Below, piece after piece: positions 49,184-62,804 of a DNA stretch of 64,000 nt. Position numbers and translations under genes: made by a program. Below the pieces are notes generated by a model. That model was not told where the DNA came from. It searched no databases and was given only the letters and a program-made list of their open reading frames with translations. Origin of the DNA: Lepidodermella squamata (taxonomy: Eukaryota > Animalia > Gastrotricha); the NCBI GenBank assembly GCA_047495785.1, contig JBLDXI010000025.1, positions 248,001-312,000 of the forward strand, given 5' to 3'. Positions within the stretch are counted from its first letter, which is position 1; each line of letters begins with the position of its first letter.

Positions 49184-51156
49184 ATGTCTAAAGAGGCATC
49201 GAAGTCATCCAACCTCGAGGTGGACTTTCCTCTAACACTATTGCCTCGCAATGTTACGGTTTTGTCGGTCCTGGCTAATGGTGAGTATGCAATTACTAAT
49301 CGATTACTGATTACGAATTAACATTGTTCTCATCTCGAAGGCATGTTTAGTACTGTTTACAAAGCCGCATACAAGCCTAAAGCCGCTCAGTCCGGAGAAT
49401 CATCGTGCGAAATGCCTTTTGTAATCAAGCATATCAAGAGCTCGAATCATCCAAAGCGAGTTCTTACCGAAATGTGCCTGCTATCGAAGCTTCGAGGTCG
49501 CCACAACATCATTCCAGTTTGGTCTCTGATCAGCTCAAACTTCTCATATCTCGTCATTATGCCTTATTTCACTCACGACTCATTCTCAGTAAGTTTGCTT
49601 TAGATCAGCAATCAACAATGAATCATGCGAATTTGCAGTCATTCTTTCGCGACTTGACTCGGCGTGAAATCGCCAATTACATGTTCGCATTACTGGACGC
49701 TCTAGCCTACATCCACCAACTGAATGTTACTCATCGCGATATCAAACCCACAAATTTTCTATACAATCGTAAGACGAAACAATTCGCATTAATCGATTTT
49801 GGCCTAGCTGAGAAAGAATCTCGAGAAAGAATCAACAACACCGGCGTAACTCGTCGGTCTTCTTCCAAATCAGGCGTTGAGACAGACTGCCAACAGCCGC
49901 CTGTTTTGCAATGTGCCTCGACGAAACCGTCTCGAGAACCGACCCCAGGATCGAGTCTTCAAGTTGAAAACGCAGTGCCTCATGCTCCAGTCCTGCCCGA
50001 TCCTAACATAATTGGAGTAAGTTTTGAGATTTTTCATGAATTTTCATAATTAGCTATTAATTGTCCAGCCTTCTCCGAAGAAAAGTGTGCTATCGCCGCC
50101 TGTACCTCAATTGTTCGCTCTCGGTCAAATCGGGACGTTAACCGCAAAAGCGAAAAGCAAACTATCCGCAGCTAGCATTCGACGCCGGTTGCGATTTTCT
50201 GATGTTTTAAACGTTGAAGGCGACAATCAGCCGCCTAAAGCAAGCGATCCTGCCAAGAAACCTGCTGCGGTCGAATCTTCGGCGAAAAATGAGGAATCGA
50301 ATGCGGAGAATAGAGCGAGCAAAGAAGCCGTTTTTGCTCGGTTTAAATCGTCGGATAGCGGCTATTCGACGGCCTCGTCTCAGATTTCAGCATCGACCTC
50401 GTGCAAATGCGATGGGCCCTATGTCATTTGCGGAACGTGCCAAAAAGCGTAAGTTTCATAACTGATGTTATAAATTACCTAGTTCTCAAAATCAGGCCAA
50501 AATCGGAAAATTCTCCAAATCGACTGGAAAATCAGGATCATATTGATAACTTTTTTGAATTGCAATTCTATTTCAGCCCTGATATCCAAGCGCAGCGATC
50601 CGGAACTACTGGCTATCGAGCGCCCGAAGTGCTGCTGCGAAGCCGCTCGCAGACCATCGCAATCGACGTGTGGGCAGCCGGCGTCGTGTTCCTGATCATC
50701 CTCACGGGCCGGTACCCGTTTTTCACCGCCAAAGTCGACCTCGAAGCCATCGGCCAACTCATGACCATTTTCGGCCGGCGGAAAATCGCCGAGTTGGCCT
50801 CAGAATTAGGCCTAGTCCTACTGCTGCCTTCGAATTGCCCGATTTCGGAGGAACCACCTGTTGAGTTGGGCGATTTGTGCCGGCAATTGCGCGCCGGCGT
50901 ACCAGCTCGTAAACTCTTCGGCTCGAAAATTGACAGTAGCAATGCTGATAAAATGGCGAAGCGGAAGCGGACGTACAACGAAGCCGACCTGACGCGGTCG
51001 CCGTTTTCGGCCGGCGACAACGCGGCCGCGAACGAGTTTGCGAGCCTGGCCTTCGACTTGCTGGGCAAGCTGCTCGACTTGCGGCCGAGCTGCCGCATTT
51101 CGGCTGAAGATGCGTTGAAGCACGAGTTTTTCGCCAAATTCCGCGCCGATTCCTAG
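49184..51156 (+). CDS. CDC7: CDC7 kinase; exons 49184-49280, 49341-49588, 49639-50016, 50069-50448, 50577-51156
   Basis: NGMFSTVYKA, IKHI..SNHPKRVLTE, MPYFTHDSF, HRDIKPTNFLYNR..LIDFGLA, long kinase insert 2 with CKC..CGTC, RSGTTGYRAPEVL, RISAEDALKHEFF. Confidence 0.9.
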
Positions 51157-52417
51157 CCGCGACTCGATATTTTATCTTCCGCTTTTTTGTTATTCTTATT
51201 TAAATCGCTGCTGGCCTGCAGAATGAAATAAAATATGGCTGCTTTTTCGATCTGTTGTTACGAAATTTCATAATAAATGATGAAGAAGAATTTGCTTAGC
51301 AATTTGCGCCTTTTGTTCCACATTTTGAACCCGAAGTTTTCGGTATTGCTACGGTTTTCAGAGAAGGAAACTGGTTGCCGGTGTGGGTCTGGGTTGGGTC
51401 AGGTCTGATTGAAACAAAAAGTTGCTAGTTTATCAGAAAGTCTTTTCATGAAGCGATCAAGTTTACCGTAGTAAAAATTGTGATTCTCCACATCAACGAC
51501 TCTTTCAATTATTCGCTAAAATAATTCCTCATTTGCCACATATCCACAATTTTGCGAGAAAATCAAGTGTAAGTAGGTATTACAGGTTATCCAGCTACCG
51601 GCCGGTTTGGATCGGCGTTTCCATGAAAATTCAGGGCTGGCAATGGGTCAAGTTGGAATGGAAAAAGCCTGTGACGATCGCTATTCGCGATCTATGACTT
51701 GAATCATCAATTTTTCAGTTCTACGACACGGAAAATCATCTCAAAAATCGAATGCATCCACTGCACTCGATTGGTCAGTTGGTCGTATCCATGGCTCCAT
51801 TTATTTGTCACTTTCAATCCTTCCTTGATGCCGAATGATTCATTGGAAACATTTGCAAAAAGATGTCAATATTTCATTACTTTGTGCTTATGTTATCAGT
51901 GTGTAGTGTAGACTAGGTAGTGAACTCGGTTTGTTCATTTCCACTCATCCACTCATGCGGATATGGGATGCATAGAGCAACAAATGAAGAGTGAAAGGAA
52001 CGGCGTTTCATTCTTCATTTCTTTCTCTATGATGCGATGTTTTTGACCGCTTTCCGCCTTCCCCTAACAAACGCACTTTTTTATTTAGTTGAGCTAAAAT
52101 TATCAAAAGTGATAAAATACACAGGATAGACCACGCTAGGAAAATTAGATATATGAAAACTTAGAGCTTAATAAACTGAAGAGTATCAAACGGAAAAGTT
52201 ATTTTAAAGTCTGTTCATTAATTCAAAAATTTCCGGCCTCTGCAGGTCGCTGAATTTCATCATAATCCAAATAGGCGCCATGAATCCTCACATCCCTCTG
52301 TCAACCGGTATCAAAGTCGATGTCTGCAAAAGATATGAAAAATAGTTCAACACACCAGGACAATATTGATATAATGATTTTCGCAATGTCGCTACCAATA
52401 TTTCGGTTTGGTATATC

Positions 52418-54059
52418 TCATTGATACCTGTAGAATACTACTGGCAGAACAACCATAGAGCCAATAGTCAGAATCATCGTCAGCAAATCGAACAGTTGCG
52501 CAACTTCAAGCCACTCGCCCCAGACTTCGAACTCCTCAGCCGTGACGACGTCATCGGTCATCGTCCTGCCCATCATCATTCGAGCCATCGACGAATGCCC
52601 CATTGCGTGGAAACCGTTTCCGAGTTTCGAGTTTATCGAACCGCGACGCGACAGCATAGCGTGACCGTTGGCTGACATGAGCGAACGCGAGTCGATTTTA
52701 GCCTCTTCGGCTTCTTGTTGTTTACGGTTGATCGGGTTGCCACTCATTGCGTGTCGCAAGGCCTCAGCTTGCTCCTCCCGAACTTTGGTTCGCAATTTCG
52801 GAACCATCCAACGAATCCAACTAAAAAATTCCATTCGGTTTCTTCATGTATGTTATATGGTAGCAATCTTACCTTGGTACAGCTGTTCGTTTGTTCTTAG
52901 CAGCTATCCACCAAACGAAAGCAGATTCGATAGTAATCCCAATGCCCAGCATAACCTGAACTGTTGTCTGGCGAACATAGGGAATCACTTCAGACGTGAT
53001 GGGCAATTTGTTATTCAGCGCCTGCTGGAAAATGTTCATCGTCAGTACTAAGGTGATACAAAACATCGATCGATCCGGGCCGAATGGCATGAAGAACGTC
53101 GACAGTAGCAAAACTGCCATGGCAAATGAGGGCAAAAGGACGTTCCAGGCGTAGTAGTCGCTTCGACGGTTAGCTATCACTTCGTAAGTTATGGCCGAGA
53201 AGTTTTCACCGATTCCTTGGATGGTTGTGTCTTGACTTGTTATCGATGCCATCAGCCAGTTCGGATTGGCGTTGATGTTCACCTCGACCGAATCTTTCAG
53301 GAGCTCACTCACTTTTTGGCCAGTAGCTTGGTGCAAGGTGATCCGTTTATCGTTGAAACGCCACGATTTGAACACGAAGCGGCAAGTCTAAGAAAATTAC
53401 TTGAAAAAGGTTAGCATGAAGAATTGCGGAACTTTTACCTGGCTATCGAAAGGAAAATCGTCCAAGTTGAGCTGTTATAACGACAAAATCAGTGTAAATG
53501 ATTGATGTCGTCTATTTCACGGGTCGTCGATGTGAAAATGTTAAAATTTTACGTTGCATGACGACAGGAACGGGCCTGTTACTTTTGCTTCCACTTGGCC
53601 CGTATGCTCCACCCAAACCAGGGAATTGATGTCGCGGTCATTCTGCCCTGCTCCGGTCATGAAAATCGACGAAACGGTACCGCCATTGCCGTCTTTGACG
53701 ATGGTCGGCAGAAACACATCGTGAGTTCGCATTGGGACCGCTCGCAGGTCGTGGAAATCAGCAGGGTTCCAACGCAGTAGGTCGTCCTGCCACGTTGCGA
53801 TAACCATAGCTGTGACTTTCATTGTTCCGGTCAATTCTTCAATTCCCAAAAACTCGTTAATGACAAACAGCATTGTTACGTCGAGCGTTTTGTTGACCCT
53901 GGCGACCGGCCGTGCCATACCAAAGCCATGGTAGCGTTTTATGAGACGAGCTATGAGCTTTGCCTCGTCATTCGGCTCAAGTTCATCGTCAAAGCTTTCG
54001 CTAGACCACCCAGGGCAAAAACAGAGTGCAAAAACCCCGAAAATTGCGCTATATTTCAT
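52418..54059 (-). CDS. Divergent nAChR-like subunit; exons 54059-53553, 53471-53439, 53387-52873, 52820-52418
   Basis: Signal peptide, WQDDLLRWNP, Cys-loop CN-LNLDDFPFDSQ-TC assembled with a 33-nt microexon, PFGPDR, EWLEVAQLFD. Confidence 0.9.
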
Positions 54060-54560
54060 TTTTGCTAAATGTTGACTGCTCCCGGTCTCTATTTTAAAGC
54101 TCGAGCCGAATTCTCCCCTAATTGATCAAGACAGATAGACAGGTAACATGACAGTTGAGTTCGTTTGAATGAACGTCAAGCGCTGTCTTTAAGATCCAGG
54201 TAAACACGAGCTACCTATCCAATAATTGAATTTTCGACTAATTGAGTTAATAACGACGAGGCGTAATACAACTTTTAGTCACGCTTATTTTTCATCCCAC
54301 TCGATTGTAAAGCTTTACCCGATTTAACCTTTTATTTATCTGTCATCAACTTTTACAAGACATGGGTTAATAGATCAAATAATATTTACAGCGTGTTTTT
54401 GAAAGATTGTTCAGAGGCGGTGAAATGAGAGTAAATGAGAGTACTAAAATAATAACCGAAAATAAGAAAATAGAGCTCAAGTGCCGATATTCCTCACGAT
54501 AGCACAAAAATTACCGGAAATGAAAAATAGAACAAAAATAGTTGTTAACTATAGCAGCGA

Positions 54561-57046
54561 TCACCAGTAGAAATATAAAGGAGAACCGAAAATGATAATT
54601 TGGACGAGAGCGAATCCGAAGTGGTCCAAAAATTGAGCGACTTCTGCCCAATCGCTGGCCTTGACCCACCTATCCTCTTCCGCCTTTTGCTCAGCCTGTT
54701 CGATAACCGAGGCGATAGTTCCAGCGCTGCCACGTCGTGACATCGGCCAAGAAGGCGGGGCATGGCGCTGCTGAACGCTGTTGATGAAAGCGTTGTTAGC
54801 CGCCGAGTCTTCGAAGACATTGTCCCCATCAGTACTAACTCTGGCTTTCGACTGATCAGGCGGCGGTAAATTGTTGCTGTAAATCGCAGATAGCGCGTTG
54901 ATATTCGTATGGCTGTTTCCAATCAAGCGAGTGGCATTGCCGTTACGGTTGAATGCGCCGCGTGATCGATTTTTGATCGCTTCGATCTGCGCCGGGGTCA
55001 ATTGTCGATTGGCTTGCTTGCGGGTATGGCGTAGAGCCGGGACGATGAAGCGGAAAAATCTCGGTATTGAGCTGTAGAGATGCTTGTTTGCTACCCAAGT
55101 GACGAAGCAAGATTCGATGGTTACGAAAATTCCGACCATGACTTGAACGTTGATCAAGCGAACAAAGGGAATAACCTGCGAGAAAAATCAAAGTCATGAA
55201 ATTTTCTGCTCTAATGGAAAATGAAGGTTTTACCTCTGCCGTAACTGGTAGTTTGCTGGCAAGAGCTTGCTGGAAAATGTTGAGCGTCAAAATCAGCGTG
55301 ATGTTGAACATGCATCTCTCCGGTCCGAATGGCATGAAAAACGTAGCCATCAGCATGACAACCATGCTCATGGTCGGCGTTAGCACGTTCCAGATGTAGT
55401 AATCCGTTCGTCGCTCGCAATTGACGTGATACGCGATGGCTGAGAAATTCTCGCCGCCCGAAGAGATGAGCACCGATTCGCTGGTTACTGAAGACATGAT
55501 GAAGTTTGGGTTAGCATTGACGTTCACTTTGACAATTGAGTTTTGACTCAGCAGTTCACTTGCTTTCTGCTCGTCGTCCAAGGTTAGCCGGATTCGGCTG
55601 GAGTCGAAGCGCCAGACGCGGAACGTAAACAGGCACTCGTGCGCATCGAACGGGAACCACTTCAAATTCAGCTTACAGTTCGTAACGAATGGACCTGAAA
55701 AGTTACAGAATAATCTACAAATTAGCGTCGGAAATAGGAAATTGCCAAATGCTATAATTAATCTTTAAAAATTTATAAAATAATGTTGACTATTGTTCTC
55801 TATGCTCTGCTAGTAACGATGCTTGGGGTGCGAAGTCCGTGAAAGTCCGTGGTTCGACCCAGGTAATGGCTATGGGGATTTTCGATTGCCAAGGGAGTTA
55901 ACGGTCGATAAACAGTCTCATTCCTTATTAAAGACTTCCATCCCCTCAAGATCCCCCAATCGGAGTAAGATATGGTTGAAAGTGTTGTTAGTAATGCTAT
56001 TACCCAATAAGTTTCAATTTTCATTATAAGGCCACAGTCCATCTCAGATGTGTATCCTAAAAAGCGAGGAAAGGCCACAATGGAAGGATCCTGAAATTGG
56101 TAGGTATGACCTCTGTGGCGTAATCAAGGAAGTGAAATAAAATATATGCGCTTCTCTTTGAGTTTTGTGGCAACACGTAATGCTCGATGTGGATTAAGAG
56201 ATAGAATACTGTAAGTATTCCACGTGAAAGTCTATTATAGTTCACTCATTTCGTGGCTGTGTCAATTAAAATGTACTACACGACTCTTAAGTGCCGTGGT
56301 TGGCCGTGGTCCGTGGTTAAAAAAAACATATCATGCTGCACTTGTTCTTACTGCTCGTCGGACGAGAAGAAATGTTGGCGATACCCTGATGCCTCGAAGA
56401 GAACATTTAGAAATGGAATATTCACAACAGTTTTAAGTTTCTTTAAGCGCGGCCAATGAGCCATAGATCCCCTAATCCTATCAGTTGAACCCTATCAGCC
56501 CCTTGTATATCCTGATCCCAAAATATGTCTTCCATACATTAAAGTAAAATCCAAGGCCTTACCTGTAACCATAGATTCCACCTGGCCGGTATGATGCACC
56601 CAGACCATGGAATTGACATCGCGGTCATTCTGCGAATTGCCGGTCATGAAAATCGACGCCTGAGTGCCGCCATTGCCGTCTTTGACAATCGTCGGCAGGA
56701 AGACGTCTTTCGCCCGCATCGGAACCGCCCGTAAATTGTTGAAATGTGCCGGGTTCCACCGCAGCTGGTCGTCACGCCACGTTGCCGTAATCACAGCCGT
56801 GACCTTCATCGTGCCAGTCAGCTCTTCGATTCCCAAGAATTCGTTGATGACGAAGAGCAGGGCGACGTCCATGGTCTCGTTCACCTCCGAGACAGGTCTA
56901 GCCATTCCGAAGCCGCTGTATCGATTCCGCAGCATGTGCAACAGCCTCGCTTCGTCATTTGACGGGGTATCCTCCGTATTCAATACAGCTTGAATGCTTT
57001 GGAAGGTTGAAACAAGGCAAAAGCAGATAGTAATTGTCAGTATCAT
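54561..57046 (-). CDS. Divergent nAChR-like subunit; exons 57046-56563, 55694-55234, 55175-54561
   Basis: Paralog of its neighbours; CKLNLKWFPFDAHEC, PFGPER, DWAEVAQFLD. Confidence 0.9.
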
Positions 57047-58135
57047 TTATTGGATAATGGCTTGTGTGAAAAGTGTAAAAACGGATGTCACAGCGCTATA
57101 TCCGCTCTTAAGAAGTCACCAGAGCGCGTCGAATATTTGCGTGGGTAACCAAAATATAGTGAATTTACCCAGTTTTGCCACGCAGAAACAACGTAATATT
57201 TAAGCAAAACGCTATTCGCTGTCGACTTCGATTTTAGTCAAGTCCCGGAAGGTACGAAGTAGCCAGCTTAAATCAGTAGGCGTGCGAATGTATACCTGTG
57301 CCTGTAGTAATGTAATTGTGACCGCACTTACGGATAATCATGCGCTTTTATATCGCAGACGCCAGCGAATCGATATTTTCAGGATAATGCATAGAGGTAG
57401 CTGAAAAAGCAGGCCCAATTTATACAGTCCAACACCCATCAAGAGCCTGTCATCGCAGGTCACGTGAATACAGGCAATCTGAATGGACGATTTAAGCGCT
57501 CTTTTCCCATAATTTTCGTCAATTAGGTATTGATCTTTATTTGCTTCAGTCCCTAATGGTATGATCTACAAGCATGTGACCCTCTCTCGTTCATCGCTTC
57601 TTGTCATCAATATCATGCTTGCAACTTGCAGCCAGTCGTTAGGTCTGTGCGAAAAACTCAACTTTGCGGGGTAGAAATATGTATCAGTTTTCTTACCTGG
57701 GAGCCTGATTTGCTTAACCCAAAAGACAGCTGAGTGGGCGATATGCGGAAATATTTGCGCAATGTCGGCTTCCTATCACTTGTCAAATATGCTTAAGTCG
57801 CCAAAAAATTGCTCAGGCATTTCCTTTGCAAAATCCTCTCATGTCCAATGATTGTTTAAGTTTAATGACAGGAGACCAATTTATCAAAAATTGTTTTATT
57901 AACCGAAACGCTTTTGTAGTAGAAAACAAAAATCTGGCGAACTTTCTCAGCAGGTGATGTATTACTGTTATCAAGAGTCATGTTGTTCATCACATTGTTC
58001 TGTGTGTCTCATAACTTTAAATCAATAATTTATAAATCATACTCGTATTAATAAACAATTATTATATTATAGCAATAAAAAACGCGAGAAAAAACGTCCT
58101 GAATTGTCGTTATATCACTTTTTCGTGAAGAATAA

Positions 58136-59346
58136 TCATCGGAAGAATCGACGGGCGCTCGCTAACGGCGGGGCAATATTCGATAGTAGGTCAGCCTCGA
58201 CACCCTCGACACCCAAATCATCAGCGTGCGGGCTCAGCGTTGTCGTCGAAGCATCACCGGCCTGTTCGCTTTGAGGCGAGTACAACACGTAGTACCTGTT
58301 CGCACTCTCGTCACTCGGGCTTGAGTCTATCGACAGCATGGTGAGCAGGACGAAGTACGCGAAGATGAACAGCGCAACCACTGATATGATGATCAGCGAG
58401 CTGAGGGCGATCGACAGCAGGTACACGTTGCTCGAGCGGTTGCGCATGGCTGCCATGACGACGGCCGGGATCCAGCACAGGAACATGACCGGGCAGCTGG
58501 GCGTGGTGACGACGGACAGCGCCAGGGCGACGTAGCGCAGGTGGACGGGTGACGGGTCGCCCGGGTGCGCCGGGGCGTGACGGTCGAAGTCGCCGTCGAA
58601 GTGGTCGAGCGAGCGCGGCGTGATCGGCGTGATCGGCGACAGCACCGATTGGCCGCTATTCGCCATCCGCTGCGCTAGGTACGCGCTGAGCCCGGGCGAC
58701 TCTGGGTGATTGTGGCCTCCGAAATGAGGTGATGGGACAGGGTGTTTGCCAAATGTGGCCGTCGATGCGTTGAGAATGGCGGGCAGGTGGCGGCTGATTG
58801 GGCGCGCCTGGTCACGCTTCAGTTTCGGAGGCTCCGGAGCAGCCGATGGGTGACGGGGCGTGATGAGATCCGCCAACTCGGCAACATCCAGAGTCACCTC
58901 TCGTTGCTATAAAAAAGTTTAAAGATTAAAATAAATGAGAAAAATTCAGGATTTTTTCTAAAAAATAAATTAAATTAAATTAAAATTAAATATTAAATAC
59001 TGAAAATACTGAGCATTTCTTTCAATTTTCAGTATTTTCTAAAAAAAGAAAAATCAATCAAAAAACCTAAAAATTAAAATTAGACGATGTGAAAATTATT
59101 TCAAGCGAGTTTTAGCGAGCATCTATTTAAAATTCGGAAATTTACCTCTCGCGAAGTGCCGAGAAGCATGGCCTCGAGCCGTGCGACCCCACTGCATTTC
59201 GTCACGTCGAAATCGGACGAATTGGTGACATCTCCGCTATGACTCGTTTCACTGCTGCCACTGACCGTCGCCACTGGAGCGTGACGGCCGGCTTCATGCG
59301 AACTTCGATCCGGCGTCGCGATTGCCGATTTATTGATTGATTTCAT
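58136..59346 (-). CDS. Membrane protein with two hydrophobic segments (possibly CD225/dispanin-like); exons 59346-59146, 58906-58136
   Basis: Phase-0 GT-AG intron; Pro/Ser-rich N-terminus, Cys-containing hydrophobic segment (SCPVMFLCWIPAVVMA), short loop, second TM; family call weak. Confidence 0.6.
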
Positions 59347-60015
59347 CGATTACCGATTTTATTGCCTGGCTGGCGTCAACAATTGTTTGTAGCGTGCTTC
59401 AGTTTAGCTGTGTTTTACTCGAGAACGATCAAATAGAACGAGAACGATGTTGGAAAAATTGTTAGCTTCAACAGCCAGCTCGTGCGTCGTGTTCGCATTG
59501 CAAGGCACGCGACTCTAATATCTTGCGCAACGCTGCACGCGCCGTTCCGCTATTTCGCTTAGTAATTTTTCAAAAATTGAAAAATTGACAACATTGACAA
59601 AATGTTCAGCCGGATCAAAGACATTAGACTGTTTCTTATCTCTATAACGCCACTATTTATTATTTTTCGAATATCAATTATTCTAAAATAAAAATATCAC
59701 CATAGAGACATTATCAGGTATTCACAATAGAATTACAGAACGACCAAAAATTTTACTGAAGATTTATTGAAACCCGTGAAATTTTTGAAAAAGCGAGTTC
59801 TTCAAAAATTAAATTGAATTTTATTGCAGTCGAACCTCAGAATATCGAGGTCATCGTCCTCATCCTCATCAAAATCGATGCCTTGAAAAAATTCAAAAAA
59901 TTATAAAATTAATAAAATAAAATCACATTTCATGCAAACAAATTGTTATCACTAAAAATATTCTGATATTCCTTTCTCAGTTCGCAGAGCATGCTTTGAC
60001 AGTGACCATGCTGTG

Positions 60016-62804
60016 TCAAGCAAACCTGTAGAAGTAGATGGGCAGTAGGAACAAGGTGCCGAGGGTTATCAGCAGCATGAGCACGTCGACGAGTTGGGCC
60101 ACCTCGAGCCACTCGCCCCAAATGATGAAATCATCGCCGACGAGGGTCACCTCATCGGCGGTTGGCCCACCAGGCATGACGCGACTGCTGACGCTGTGGC
60201 GGCGGGACATTATCGAAATAGCCTTCAAATAAAATCAATAAAATTCGTCATTCATTCATTTATAGAAAATCTATTAATTTTTTTTTAGGATTATTAAATA
60301 ATGGTGAAATGTCAACTCGTCCGCGACAAGTCATCCGGTGACAACTCATCCGCGACAACTCGTCCAGCGACAACTCATCCGAAATTAAATAAATATTTAA
60401 ATAATTATTTTTAGTGACAACTCATCCGGTGACAACTGGTCCGGCCCGGCCGAGTTGTCGCGGATGAGTTGACACTAAAATTAAATAATTAATTATTTTT
60501 TAATTATTTCAATTTTCGGACAACTCGTCCACGGTCAGCTCGTCCGAAATTCGAAACATAACATGAGTTAGTAAATTCAGGATGAGTTGTCGCGGATGAC
60601 TTGTCCGTGGACGAGTTGTCCGAAAATTGAAATAATTAAAAAATAATTAATTATTTAATTTTAGTGTCAACTCATCCGCGACAACTCGGCCGGGCCGGAC
60701 CAGTTGTCACCGGATGAGTTGTCACTAAAAATAATTATTTAAATATTTATTTAATTTCGGATGAGTTGTCGCTGGACGAGTTGTCGCGGATGAGTTGTCG
60801 CGGACGAGTTGACCGCGGATGAGTTGACGCCCCACGTAAATAATTTTTAAATTTTTGTAAAAATAAATGAAATTGGAAAATTGAAAATATTGAAAAAAAT
60901 CAGTAAAATAAAGGCAATTTCATACCTCGGCTTGTTCGAGCTGTCGCACTGAGGGTCGGTCCATTATTTCGCCATGCGAGTTCAAGGGCGGTCGAAGGAG
61001 GCTGCTTTTGACGTGTGTCATTGTCAGTGGCAACAGACCCTGTTTCAGCATTTTCTCCTTTTCGACGCGAATTCGCTTGCGAAGAGCTGGAATTATTTTC
61101 CGAATAATGCTAAACGATAATACAAAACAAACTATTATTTTTCCAACCGAAAATTTCTTAAATCCGAATCGATTTTTAACGAATTTAGAATTTTCAAAAT
61201 TTCTAGAATTTAAATTGAAAAAAAATGAATTTTATCCTGAACTCACTCGGGTACTGCACTACGCTTGTCCTTGGCCGCTATCCACCAGACGAAAGCCGAT
61301 TCGATGGTAATGGCTATACCCATCATGACCTGCATGGTCGTCTGCCTCACGTACGGTATGACCTCAGACGTAACCGGCAGCTTGTTATTGAGGGCCTGTT
61401 GGAAAATGTTCATAGTCAGCACGAGGGTGATGCAAAACATCGACCGATCCGGGCCGAAAGGCATGAAGAAAGTCGACAGAAGCAAAACGACCATAGCAAT
61501 TGAGGGTAGTAGTACATTCCAGGTGTAGTAGTCGCTTCGACGGGTAGCTATCACTTCGTAGGTTATAGCCGAGTAATTTTCGCCACTGCCTTGGATAGTT
61601 GTATCTTCGCTTGTTATCGAAGCCATCAGCCAGTTCGGATTCGCGTTGATGTTCACCTCGATTGAGTCGCCCAAGTGTTCGGTCAACTTTTGGTCCTTGG
61701 CTTGGTGCAGCGAGATTCGTTTATCGTTGAATCGCCATGATTTGAACACGAAGCGGCAAGTCTGAGAATTTCGAATAAAATATTCAATTATCGATTTTGT
61801 GGTTAAAAATGTGAAATTCAATGAATTAAAAAATTGAAAGATAATTTTTGAAATTTTCAAAAAAAAGCCATGATTTTCCAATTTTTCTAAATTTTTGAAC
61901 TATTTTCACAACTTTTTCAAAGATAGCTATACAAATTCCCATTCATTTTTTACACAAATTCTTGACCAAAACTTGTCATCTCGGAATTTACCAAAATTAC
62001 TGCGTAGACATGAAGACTTGAGTCATTTGGGTCATGCAGCATGCAGCTAGCTAACCTACCTGGCTATCGAACGGGAAATCGGCCAAATCGAGTGTGCATG
62101 ACGTCACGTAGAGCGCCGTCACTTTCGCCTCAATTTGGCCCGTGTGATGCACCCATACCATCGAATTGATGTCACGGTCGTTCTGCCCGGCGCCAGTCAT
62201 GAAAATCGACGACGCCGTGCCGCCATTGCCGTCTTTGACGATGGTCGGCAGGAAGACGTCACGGGTCCGCATTGGAACCGCTCGTAGGCCGTCGAAATCG
62301 GCCGGGTTCCAGCGCAACAGGTCGTCCTGCCACGTTGAGATGATCATTGCTGTGACCTTCATGGTTCCAGTCAGTTCTTCGATGCCGAGAAATTCATTGA
62401 TGACAAATAGCAGAGCGACATCAAGAGTCTTGTTGACCTTCGAAAAAATTAATTATTTTTTAAAAATTCATTTTAAATTGAAATGAATTTAAAAAATTTC
62501 AATTGTTAAGTAATCAAGTCATTTTGTAATTTTGCAATTATACGATCAAGTTTTCGAAAAATGTCAACTTATTTCAAATTTGAAAATTGCATGCGAAATT
62601 GTATACCCTTTCGACAGGTCGTGCGAGGCCAAATCCGTGGTATCGTTTTACGAGGCGTTCGACGAGTCGCGCCTCATCATTCGGCGGCAAATCGAACGTG
62701 TCAAAGTCCGTAATTATTTCAGTTTTATTGTTGGTAACACTCGGCTCGGCGAGGCATAACGAGACGATAGCAACCGCTATCACAACAGTGATGAAACCGT
62801 TCAT
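60016..62804 (-). CDS. Divergent nAChR-like subunit; exons 62804-62607, 62437-62060, 61761-61247, 61109-60926, 60222-60016
   Basis: Closest paralog of 52418-54059; CTLDLADFPFDSQTC, PFGPDR, WGEWLEVAQLVD. Confidence 0.9.
60303..60836. mobile_element. Foldback MITE built from 14-15-bp gacaactcRtccgc subrepeats, with candidate 8-bp TSD
   Basis: Arms (about 60330-60534 and 60605-60800) are inverted copies; taaataat flanks both ends (60295-60302, 60837-60844). Confidence 0.85.

Noticed and set aside
60303-60836. Short regularly repeated units resembling a CRISPR array
   Set aside because: No unique spacers, units inverted in the two arms, eukaryotic intron, no cas genes
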